From a virus (taxonomy: Duplodnaviria; Caudoviricetes), in IMG/VR virus record IMGVR_UViG_3300030330_005625, positions 1 through 26,869 of that record: a DNA stretch of 26,869 bases; one strand, 5' to 3'. The position numbers were made by a program, and so were the translations under genes. Below, one piece after another: positions 1 to 6,994 of this stretch. Position 1 is the stretch's first letter, and each line of letters begins with the position of its first letter. The notes under the pieces are model-generated. The model saw only the letters and a program-made list of their open reading frames with translations, was not told where the DNA came from and ran no database searches.

Positions 1-1216
1 AGAGCCCCCAGAACCCGAGCTGACCGCGCGGCTCTCTCGACATCGTGAGGAACTCGCGCTTTTGCTTCGAGAAGGTCCGTTTCTGGCCCTTCCGGTCGCC
101 GGTGATCTCGACGACATGCCACCCCTCGGCGACGAGGCCGGGGATCGGCTCGGCCTCGCTGATGCAGACGTGCGCCCCGGCCTCTCTCCAGAGGCGCGCG
201 AGCCTGACGACCTCCTCCCGCGGTAGGTCGTGCGCGTAGCCCGTGGTCCCCTGGTAGGGCGGATCAATGTAGACCCACGACCCCTCGGGGAGCCTCGGCG
301 GCTCGACGGCCTCGACGAGGACGGTCGCCGGTAGCTCGGGGAGTGCGTCGACCTTCCGGGCCGTCGTCGTCGTCGTCGTATCCTGGCGCCTCTCGCCCGG
401 ACCGACGAAACCTGTCGACACGTTGCCTTGCTCGTAAGACCACGAAGCACGGACGGTCCACCGCGCGACCTCCCGAGGATCGACGGCCTCGGCGCCCGGT
501 GAGACCTTCGCCGGTAGCTCGGGGAGGTCCCACCCCTCGGCGAGACGCTCAACCGGGTCGGCGAACTCGCCCCCGAAGCGATACCCGCCGTCGCCGGTGT
601 TGGTCCAGGTGACCGGGTCCGGGTTGACGAGGCGGTTGCTCGTGAGGATGCGCGCCCACCGTGCCAGCTCTCGCGGGTCGACCTCGGAGGCGTCGGGCAT
701 GAGGCGCGCCGGTAGCTCGGGGAGGGCGTCGAGCCGTAGATGAACGTGCTCAGGCCACCGCCCGCCACGCTCGGGCGCCCGGTTGGGATCGAGCGACAGC
801 TTCTCGATCGTGTCTGCTGTGCAAGGAAGAGCGAGCACGGCGCCCGCTTGCACGCAAGCCCACCGCGCGACCTCCCGCGGCTCGGGAGCCCTGACCGGCC
901 CCTCCGCTTTCAGCCGCTCCCAGAGCGCCCGCGGGTCCTCCTTCGCCCATCCCCGGATCACGTCGGCGGCGGCCCGGGCGAGGGTCGCGTCGGTGTAGGC
1001 GAGGAGGAGCAACCGCACCCCTGGATCGGGCTCACACCACAGATACGCGTCGGCGGTCTGGCCGGGGACGAGCCCCATCCGTTCGAGGATGATGTCGGCG
1101 TATCCGGTCTTCGCCCCCATCCGAGACACGGGCGGGCGGGCGCCCTCCTCGTGCAGTCGGAGGGATAGCGCGGCGGTCCCCGCGCACAACTCGACGAGGA
1201 GCGGGATCGGCTTCAC
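1..1216 (-). CDS. DNA adenine methyltransferase (Dam-like), 3'-truncated by the window edge, with three tandem internal cassettes
   Basis: Hand translation from GTG at 1216 (GTGA overlap with the upstream stop at 1213-1215) is open to position 2. It reads MKPIPLLVELCAGTAALS (SAM-binding motif I-like) ... YLWCEPD ... WVYIDPPYQGTTGY (catalytic DPPY at 254-265) ... HVCISE ... REFL. It is absent from the ORF track because there is no stop in the window. Confidence 0.85.
   Translation of the reverse strand, partial: MKPIPLLVELCAGTAALSLRLHEEGARPPVSRMGAKTGYADIILERMGLVPGQTADAYLWCEPDPGVRLLLLAYTDATLARAAADVIRGWAKEDPRALWERLKAEGPVRAPEPREVARWACVQAGAVLALPCTADTIEKLSLDPNRAPERGGRWPEHVHLRLDALPELPARLMPDASEVDPRELARWARILTSNRLVNPDPVTWTNTGDGGYRFGGEFADPVERLAEGWDLPELPAKVSPGAEAVDPREVARWTVRASWSYEQGNVSTGFVGPGERRQDTTTTTTARKVDALPELPATVLVEAVEPPRLPEGSWVYIDPPYQGTTGYAHDLPREEVVRLARLWREAGAHVCISEAEPIPGLVAEGWHVVEITGDRKGQKRTFSKQKREFLTMSREPRGQLGFWGL
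326..877 (-). repeat. Two interleaved 18-bp direct repeat families inside the methyltransferase
   Basis: CGCCGGTAGCTCGGGGAG is exact at 326-343, 509-526 and 707-724 (LPELPA). CCACCGCGCGACCTCCCG is exact at 458-475 and 860-877 and degenerate at 656-673 (REVARW/RELARW). All copies are in the same reading phase. Confidence 0.95.
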
Positions 1217-1446
1217 GTCGCCTCCTCGATCGCGAGGAGCAGCTCGTCGAGCCGCTCGATCGCTCGATCACCGGGCGACCGGTCGAAGCTCGCGACCCTG
1301 ACTAGCTCCCGAAGGTCGTCGAGGGGCTCGTCCTTGTCGAGGGCGAGGGCCACGTCCCACCAGGGGTCGGTCAGGGCGTCGGCCCTTGCGATGTCGACGA
1401 CGAGGGCGCGGAGGTCGTCCCGGTGCTGTCTCTCGGCGGGCTTCAT
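1213..1446 (-). CDS. Hypothetical protein (77 aa, MKPAERQHRDDL...)
   Basis: C-terminal part of track ORF 1213..1944. ATG at 1446 overlaps the upstream stop (ATGA), and its own stop overlaps the MTase start. Confidence 0.7.
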   Translation of the reverse strand: MKPAERQHRDDLRALVVDIARADALTDPWWDVALALDKDEPLDDLRELVRVASFDRSPGDRAIERLDELLLAIEEAT

Positions 1447-2096
1447 AGCTGAATCCCGAGGATCTGGGCGACCCTCCAAAGCTCGGCGAGACGCCTCTCG
1501 ACGAGAACGTCCTCGACGACATGCTCCTCGATGCGCCCGAGCTGACCCCCGGCCCACAGATACGGCACCGTCGACCCCGGAGCCGTCTCGACGGGCACGC
1601 CCCACGCCTCGGCGGCGGCGGCCTTCGAGACGTAGCGCCCCGGGAGACACTCGGGGGCAAACCGCATGAGGTCGAGAAGCCGCTCGGGGTAGCGGATCCC
1701 CTGACCGCCCCAGACCTGCGGGGCGAAGACCGAGGCGAGGCGGTGTCGACCGTGGACGAGCGCCCGGGCGCGGAGGACGGGGAAGTCGAACCCCGGGCCA
1801 TTCCACGCGAGGAGCGTCGGCACGTCCCGCGGCCCGGCGACGTACAGGTCGAGAGCATCGAGAAGCCCGTCCTCGTCGGGTCCGACCTGAACGATCGTCT
1901 CGCCCCCGAGGAGCGGGATCAGCGCCCACGCGATCACCTGACACTTCCTCGGGTGGAGGGCGGTCCGGAGGTACAGCCTCTCTTGTTGCCCCGGGTCTTC
2001 GAGGCTCGCGAACGGCTCGGGGATCTGGATCGTCTCGCCGAAGGGGAGCCCCTCGGGGATCGTCTCGATGTCGAGGACGTAGGCGCGGGCTCTCAT
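1443..2096 (-). CDS. 3'-5' exonuclease, DEDD/PolB-exonuclease-like
   Basis: ExoI VLDIETIP, ExoII AWNGPGFDFPVL and ExoIII-like HVVEDV motifs. Confidence 0.8.
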   Translation of the reverse strand: MRARAYVLDIETIPEGLPFGETIQIPEPFASLEDPGQQERLYLRTALHPRKCQVIAWALIPLLGGETIVQVGPDEDGLLDALDLYVAGPRDVPTLLAWNGPGFDFPVLRARALVHGRHRLASVFAPQVWGGQGIRYPERLLDLMRFAPECLPGRYVSKAAAAEAWGVPVETAPGSTVPYLWAGGQLGRIEEHVVEDVLVERRLAELWRVAQILGIQL

Positions 2097-2287
2097 CCTT
2101 CCCCCTTCTCGACGGGGATCCCGAAGCGCTGGAGACCGGCCCGGATCAAGACCTCGGCGGCCTGACCCATCGAGACTCGGATCCCGGGAGCGGCCTCGGT
2201 CTCGATGTACCGACGGTACACCTCGATCGCCTCGATCACCTCAGCCGGCGGGCGCACGGTGACCCGCGGGCGTTCTTCGCTGCTCAT
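2093..2287 (-). CDS. Small DNA-binding protein, ribbon-helix-helix-like
   Basis: 64 aa with N-terminal RVTVR strand followed by two predicted helices; upstream AGGAGG RBS; first gene of the leftward operon. Confidence 0.55.
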   Translation of the reverse strand: MSSEERPRVTVRPPAEVIEAIEVYRRYIETEAAPGIRVSMGQAAEVLIRAGLQRFGIPVEKGEG

Positions 2288-2397
2288 GTTGCCTCCTATA
2301 GTGGCTCCCGAGGGCTACCACGTCGCGCCGGGTAGCGTCAAGGCTTGCCAACCTGACACGGGGTGTGCTACGCCTCGGGGCGTCCACAGGAGGACCC
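2288..2397. promoter_or_regulatory. Divergent promoter region
   Basis: Intergenic gap between divergent operons, with AGGAGG RBS on both strands and back-to-back TTGACG (minus) and TTGCCA (plus) -35-like hexamers. The -10 matches are weak. Confidence 0.45.
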
Positions 2398-3072
2398 ATG
2401 AGCAACGAAGCAACCCCGCCCGGTGTGATCACCGTCGGCGGGCTGACCATGACGACCGCGCAAGATCAGATCGGCGCCGCCCTCGCGAAGGCGCAAGCCC
2501 GGGTCAGGAAGGCCCGAAAGAACGCGCGCAACCCGCATCTGCGCAACGAATACGCCGACCTAGAGAGCGTGATCGACGCGACCCGGGGAGCCCTCGCCGA
2601 GAACGGGCTCGCCCTTGTCCAGGCGCCCCAGGTCGTCGAGGGCGCGGCGGGCGTTCGGTGGACCCTCGTGCACGCCTCGGGGCAGTGGATGTCCGGGGAA
2701 CTCATGCACGCGACGGGCGGCGCGAAGGGGCTCCGGCCCGCACAGGCGGACGGGGTCTCGATCTCCTACGCGCGGCGCTACACCCTGGCGAGCTTGCTCG
2801 GTGTCGCGGTCGGTGACGACAGCGACGGAGCGGTCGAGGTCGCCGGTCGCGATCGGCGCTCGGGGAGGGTGATCGACCGCCGCGAGACGCATCCGAAGGT
2901 GTGGGCCTCCTTCGTCGAGGACCTCGCCGGCGTGAACCTGACCGTCGAGGAGGTCGACGCCTTCCTCGCTGCTCGGGGGCGCCCCCGGTGCCACGAGACG
3001 CCCGACGACCGGTGGAGCGCCCTCGTCGAGTGGGCCGTCTCCGAGGAGACCGCGGCGAAGGTGCACGCGTGA
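2398..3072 (+). CDS. erf: ERF-family single-strand annealing protein
   Basis: ALAKAQ...KNARNPHLRNEYADLESV...GLALVQ...LVHASGQW and SYARRYTLASLLGVA signature; AGGAGG before ATG at 2398. Confidence 0.9.
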   Translation: MSNEATPPGVITVGGLTMTTAQDQIGAALAKAQARVRKARKNARNPHLRNEYADLESVIDATRGALAENGLALVQAPQVVEGAAGVRWTLVHASGQWMSGELMHATGGAKGLRPAQADGVSISYARRYTLASLLGVAVGDDSDGAVEVAGRDRRSGRVIDRRETHPKVWASFVEDLAGVNLTVEEVDAFLAARGRPRCHETPDDRWSALVEWAVSEETAAKVHA

Positions 3073-3338
3073 CCCCGCGCGAGGAGAGGCTTCTCGCATT
3101 CCTTCGGGGCCGTGGTTGGGGCCTGGCCTGGCACGGGCCGCCCGCGGATCGCTGGTTCTGCGCCCGAGCCGTCTCGCGCCCGAGGACCGGCCTCGTCGTC
3201 TCGGTGCACGTCACCCCGGACGCCGACGAAGTCGTCGAGCTGGAGACGCTCGGGTCGCCGACGGTCGAGCGGCTCCTCGGATGGACCCAGGACCTCCGCG
3301 AGGCCCTCGGCATCTACCACCGGCCCGACCGTGACTAG
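3069..3338 (+). CDS. Hypothetical protein (MTPREERLLAF...)
   Basis: GTGA coupling to the erf stop; C-terminal part of track ORF 2901..3338. Confidence 0.6.
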   Translation: MTPREERLLAFLRGRGWGLAWHGPPADRWFCARAVSRPRTGLVVSVHVTPDADEVVELETLGSPTVERLLGWTQDLREALGIYHRPDRD

Positions 3339-3606
3339 GGCCGCCCTAGCCGCGGCGCGTCTAGGCTTGATCCTCTGGACGCCCCCGAGGTCGATCCTCG
3401 ACGGCCTCGACATCCTCGCCGAACTCGGAGGCGAGGCGACCGTCGGGGAGGTCCTCGCGCACGTCGGGGCGTCGCACTGGAGCAACGGCTACCAGCGCCT
3501 CGACACCCTCGTCGCCCGCGGCCTCGTCGAGGTGATCGAGGGCCGCCCGAGGCGCTACCGGCTGACGAGGGCTGGCCGATTGCTTCGGACGAAGGCGGCG
3601 CAGTGA
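3331..3606 (+). CDS. Winged-helix DNA-binding protein
   Basis: EATVGEVLAHVG...YQRLDTLVARGLVEV..GRPRRYRLT pattern typical of TrmB/MarR-like wHTH. Confidence 0.7.
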   Translation: MTRAALAAARLGLILWTPPRSILDGLDILAELGGEATVGEVLAHVGASHWSNGYQRLDTLVARGLVEVIEGRPRRYRLTRAGRLLRTKAAQ

Positions 3607-3788
3607 ACGCGCGCACGCGTCGAGGCATTACCGACGGCCTTCGGGCCGCTCGGGAGGGACGACCCGGCGAGAAGGTCGGCGACTACGCCGACCCGGCGCT
3701 CGCCTCGTGTCCGAACTACGCGGGCGGCTTCCGGGCGGGCTACGCTTCGGGCGTCTTCGATAAGACTGGCCGAATGCCTAGAACTTAG
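3603..3788 (+). CDS. Hypothetical protein (61 aa)
   Basis: GTGA coupling; track ORF; ends just before an AT-rich promoter. Confidence 0.55.
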   Translation: MNARTRRGITDGLRAAREGRPGEKVGDYADPALASCPNYAGGFRAGYASGVFDKTGRMPRT

Positions 3789-3798
3789 AAAGTTTGAT

Positions 3799-3857
3799 AA
3801 AGTTGTTGCCGGCCTGTTTCCTCGCGTTATGTTGTAAACATCGAAAGGGAGACAGAC
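3799..3857 (+). promoter_or_regulatory. Sigma70-like promoter plus RBS, copy 1
   Basis: AAAGTTGTTGCC-N10-CTCGCGTTATGTTGTA...AAGGGAGA; TTGCCG-16 bp-TATGTT; AT-rich island; repeated at 24676. Confidence 0.7.
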
Positions 3858-4271
3858 ATGACCGACGCTAAGCTGACCCGCCTCGTTGCCCAGGTCGAGC
3901 AGGATGTCGCCGACCTCCTGCAGGTTCCCGGCGACCTCGCTCTCCTGGCCTTGGACACCGCTACGAGCCACCTGCGCCACCTGCTGCGCCTCCGGGCCGA
4001 GCGCGACCTCGCCCGGGCCGAGAGCGCGAAGGAGCGCCTCCTCGCGGAGCTGCGCCCTCGACTGCGCGAGGACGGGACCTTCTTCGCGAAGAACGAGAAG
4101 ACTCTACAGGTTGCGCTCGGGGTTGCCGAGGACCTCGCCGAGGCCGCCGCGAAGGAGCTGCGGAGCCTCGCCGCTCGGGACGACGCTGCACGGACCTTCG
4201 ACCTAGAATCGGTCGCTACCGAGGCCGAGCGGCGGTGCGTGCTCGGAGTGTTTCACCCTCTGCACGGGTGA
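3858..4271 (+). CDS. Hypothetical protein (137 aa, helical)
   Basis: Own promoter and GGGAGA RBS; codon usage like the rest of the genome. Confidence 0.75.
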   Translation: MTDAKLTRLVAQVEQDVADLLQVPGDLALLALDTATSHLRHLLRLRAERDLARAESAKERLLAELRPRLREDGTFFAKNEKTLQVALGVAEDLAEAAAKELRSLAARDDAARTFDLESVATEAERRCVLGVFHPLHG

Positions 4272-4295
4272 GCCCTCCGGGCGCCGCGGGCGCCC

Positions 4296-4349
4296 CCCGT
4301 CCGGAGCTGACCCGCTCCGCTGACGAGCCCCACGGAGGGGCGAAACGGG
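4296..4349 (+). ncRNA. Type III hammerhead ribozyme
   Basis: Stem III CCCGT(4296-4300)/ACGGG(4345-4349); GUC cleavage triplet 4299-4301; stem I CGGAGC(4302-4307)/GCTCCG(4314-4319); core CTGACGA(4320-4326); stem II GCCCC(4327-4331)/GGGGC(4337-4341); GAAA(4342-4345). Confidence 0.9.
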
Positions 4350-4356
4350 AGACAGC

Positions 4357-4728
4357 ATGAACGGAACAATCGGACACCTTCGCAACGTCGCCGACCTCGT
4401 CGCGGCCCTAGACCTCGACGCGATTCTCGGCGAGGCCGGCATCGACGAGAGCACGAGCCGCCACATCAACGGACACCGCGAGCGCGAGATCCTCGACGCT
4501 GCGATCTGGGTAGGGACCGCCGCCCTTCGCAGACTCGCCGACCTCGTCGAGGAGGCAACCGCCGCCCCCGTGATCGACGATGATCGGGTCGGGGCGTTGA
4601 TTGTGGAGGCCGCCAAAACGAATCGCTGGGACCTCGTCCACGCGTGCGCCGACTACCTCGTCGAGGAGGCAACCGAAGCGGGCCTCGCCCTTATCCGCGA
4701 GGCCCTCGTCGAGAAGGTCGCACAATGA
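4357..4728 (+). CDS. Hypothetical protein (123 aa, acidic, helical)
   Basis: GGGAGA RBS; track ORF; stop coupled to the next gene. Confidence 0.75.
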   Translation: MNGTIGHLRNVADLVAALDLDAILGEAGIDESTSRHINGHREREILDAAIWVGTAALRRLADLVEEATAAPVIDDDRVGALIVEAAKTNRWDLVHACADYLVEEATEAGLALIREALVEKVAQ

Positions 4729-4883
4729 CCGGCGTGATCGCGGCCTACGCGGCCTTGGGTCTCGCTCTCCTTCCTATGGCGACCGAGGACGACCTCGACC
4801 GCCGGATCCGCCTCGCGTGCGCGGCGGCCCTCTGCCTCGTCTCAATCCTCGACGGCGCCGCGCGCCTCTGGAGCCTCTCGTGA
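4725..4883 (+). CDS. Small membrane protein (52 aa)
   Basis: ATGA coupling; two hydrophobic segments. Confidence 0.55.
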   Translation: MTGVIAAYAALGLALLPMATEDDLDRRIRLACAAALCLVSILDGAARLWSLS

Positions 4884-5185
4884 GCTGGACACCCGATCCG
4901 ACCCTTCTCGCCCCCGGTGAGGCATCCGACCGCGAGGTCGCTAACGTGCACGGGGTGCACCGGCTGACGGTGACGAAGTACCGCCGCCGTCACGGCATCC
5001 CCTCCGGCGGCCGTATGGGGCGCCCTAAGGGCTCGGGGGCCTGGGTCCCGGCCTCGGGTCGTCTCCAGCCCGGTGAGGCAACAGACGAGGCCGTCGCGGC
5101 TTCACAGGGCGTGCCCGTGTCGCGGGTCCTCCGCTACCGGGCGCGGCACGGGATCGCGGCCTTCGGTCGCCGGGGCGGCGCGTGA
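4880..5185 (+). CDS. Tandem HTH-repeat DNA-binding protein
   Basis: Two copies of W.P....L.PGEA(S/T)D..VA...GV....V..YR.RHGI; GTGA coupling at both ends. Confidence 0.7.
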   Translation: MSWTPDPTLLAPGEASDREVANVHGVHRLTVTKYRRRHGIPSGGRMGRPKGSGAWVPASGRLQPGEATDEAVAASQGVPVSRVLRYRARHGIAAFGRRGGA

Positions 5186-5481
5186 GCCCGTACACCCCGC
5201 AGCGGTTGCCGTTCGTCCGCGGAAGCGAGACGAGCGAGCGGGCCGCCGAGTCGATGGAGGCGCACGCCGATACCCTCCGCGGGCGCTGTATGACGTGCAT
5301 CCGAGACGCGGGCGCCTCGGGCGCAACGTGCGACGAGGTCGAGGAGGCCCTCGGGGGCGTTCACCAGTCGATCTCCGCTCGGATCCGGGAGCTGGTTCAG
5401 CTTCGCTTGATCTACGACACCGGGCTAACGCGGCTCACCCGCTCGGGGCGCGACGCGAGGGTCTACGCCGTCGTCGACTAG
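5182..5481 (+). CDS. Winged-helix DNA-binding protein
   Basis: GATCDEVEEALG..HQSISARIRELV....IYDTG..R.TRSGR.ARVY. Confidence 0.75.
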   Translation: MSPYTPQRLPFVRGSETSERAAESMEAHADTLRGRCMTCIRDAGASGATCDEVEEALGGVHQSISARIRELVQLRLIYDTGLTRLTRSGRDARVYAVVD

Positions 5482-5687
5482 CGGACGAGCCAGACGATCG
5501 CCCCGATTAGAGCCCCGGCGAGGATGCACGTCGAGACCCTGATCGGGGCCTCGGCGTCTTGAGGAGCGGGCTCGGGCATGGCCTCACGAACCGCTGCGAG
5601 CGCCTCACGGGCCGCGGCGACTTGCGCAAGGTCGATCCCCGCGGTCAGGGTCCCGCGCGCCATAGCTGCCCGATCTGCCTCGCTCAT
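5478..5687 (-). CDS. Small protein with C-terminal TM helix (lysis-cassette candidate)
   Basis: CILAGALIGAIVWLVR hydrophobic tail; last gene of the late operon. Confidence 0.55.
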   Translation of the reverse strand: MSEADRAAMARGTLTAGIDLAQVAAAREALAAVREAMPEPAPQDAEAPIRVSTCILAGALIGAIVWLVR

Positions 5688-6031
5688 GGCTCCCCCAAGA
5701 TGTCCGCGACATCGAGGCCGGTAGCGGCCCCGAGGGCGGCGGCTATTCCAAGAATGATACCGATCCAGGTCCGCGGGTCAATCGAACCGAGGACCGCGGC
5801 GACCCCGCTCGGGGCCTCGTCGGCGGCGTCGAGGTGAGTCCGGACCCGCTCCAGAGTGCGGACGACCTCGTCGAGGGCGTCGGCTACCGGGCGGCGGGCC
5901 TCGTGGTCCTGGAGTGTCGCGACTATGTCGTCGAGGACGGTCCCGGCGTGCTCGCGGCGCGCAGCGTCGCCGATCCCTCCGAGGATGGTCTCGCGCTCTA
6001 GCTCGACCCGACTGGCGAGGATCGCGCTCAC
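5684..6031 (-). CDS. Membrane protein, holin/lysis-accessory candidate (115 aa)
   Basis: GTG at 6031 coupled to the upstream stop; helical region then WIGIILGIAAALGAATG TM segment. Confidence 0.55.
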   Translation of the reverse strand: MSAILASRVELERETILGGIGDAARREHAGTVLDDIVATLQDHEARRPVADALDEVVRTLERVRTHLDAADEAPSGVAAVLGSIDPRTWIGIILGIAAALGAATGLDVADILGEP

Positions 6032-6201
6032 TTGGCGACCCGCTTGTCGAGGACCCCGAGGATCGCCTCGATCACCGCGGCGAGGATCTCGTCCCTCTCG
6101 GCGGGTGTGATGCGGGCGCCCCCGTCGGAGTCCTTTCGGGTCGCGGCGGCGACCGCCGACAGAGCCCCGACGATCGCGACGATGATCCGCGTCTGTAGCA
6201 T
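6028..6201 (-). CDS. Small membrane protein, holin candidate (57 aa)
   Basis: TGATG coupling; N-terminal hydrophobic IIVAIVGALSAVAAA; basic C-terminus; directly after the peptidase. Confidence 0.5.
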   Translation of the reverse strand: MLQTRIIVAIVGALSAVAAATRKDSDGGARITPAERDEILAAVIEAILGVLDKRVAK

Positions 6202-6734
6202 CACGCCCCCCACGTCCACCCGGTGGGCAGGTAGACCACGCCGACCGCATAACCCGAGAGGCCGGCGTCGCCCTCCCAGCTCCCCCACGAGTCGCGGTAG
6301 CCCTTCGCCGTCGAGGACTGCACGATCCGGACCCGTCGGTCCTCACCCATCCACGCAAGGTATGTGTGTCCCGTCGACCGGCCCGGGACGACGGTGTCGT
6401 CCTCCACCCCGGGCGCCCCGCCGTCGCCGAGGTGTCGCCACCGCTGGACGACATGCCACCGCCCCGGGCGGAGAGGCGGCGCGACATCCCTCACGAGGAG
6501 GATCCGGGCGTCGGTTCCGCCCGTCAGCTCCCGCGCGGCATCGAGGGCGGACCACGGCGCGTCACCGCTCCACACGTTCGCGCGACCCCACCAATCGAGG
6601 CCGCCGACCCGGACCCCGTCGTCGACGCTGCGGATCTCGTTGCCTTCGCCTTCGAGGAGGGCAAGGGCGACGAGGGTGCAGCACGGGAGCCCGTCGGGCG
6701 GACGAGACCGTCGGGCTAGCTCGACGACGCTCAC
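6201..6734 (-). CDS. Papain-like (NlpC/P60/CHAP-type) Cys-His hydrolase, endolysin candidate
   Basis: PCCTLV (Cys), GHTYLA (His), IVQSS (third polar residue); lies between tail genes and small TM genes. Confidence 0.5.
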   Translation of the reverse strand: MSVVELARRSRPPDGLPCCTLVALALLEGEGNEIRSVDDGVRVGGLDWWGRANVWSGDAPWSALDAARELTGGTDARILLVRDVAPPLRPGRWHVVQRWRHLGDGGAPGVEDDTVVPGRSTGHTYLAWMGEDRRVRIVQSSTAKGYRDSWGSWEGDAGLSGYAVGVVYLPTGWTWGA

Positions 6735-6994
6735 GGCTGAGCCGCGGGGAGCGTGTCGAGGTCCTCGGGGTAGAGGCTCGCCCCGATCGCAGAGAACGCG
6801 GCGAGGATCTCGTCCTTCTCGTCGCTCGTTGGCACGCGCGACCCTGACTCCAGAGCCGACAGGCTGCTCTCGGTCATGCCGTAGAGGGTCGCCCGCTGCG
6901 CTCGGGTCGTGCTTCCGAGGGTCGCGGCCCGGGCGGACATGAGGCCGAAAAGGCCCTCGATGCTGTCGACGTTGACGCGTAGGTAGCTAGTCAC
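6731..6994 (-). CDS. XRE-family HTH protein
   Basis: AQRATLYGMTESSLSALESGSRVPT matches the XRE HTH pattern; GTGA coupling on both sides. Confidence 0.65.
   Translation of the reverse strand: MTSYLRVNVDSIEGLFGLMSARAATLGSTTRAQRATLYGMTESSLSALESGSRVPTSDEKDEILAAFSAIGASLYPEDLDTLPAAQP

Noticed and set aside
326-724. 18-bp repeats read as a CRISPR array
   Set aside because: The period is 183-198 bp, the repeats are in-frame coding sequence, and no cas genes are present.
326-877. Diversity-generating retroelement or invertible shufflon behind the MTase cassettes
   Set aside because: No reverse transcriptase, adenine-specific TR/VR pair, invertase or inverted repeats in the window; the repeats are direct.
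45-1301. Track ORFs in 45-1301 (e.g. 264..533, 343..612, 740..1168)
   Set aside because: These are Arg/Pro-rich shadow frames of the minus-strand methyltransferase.
6731-6994. XRE protein as a lysogeny repressor
   Set aside because: It is embedded in the late operon, with no divergent cro, peptidase domain or integrase nearby.
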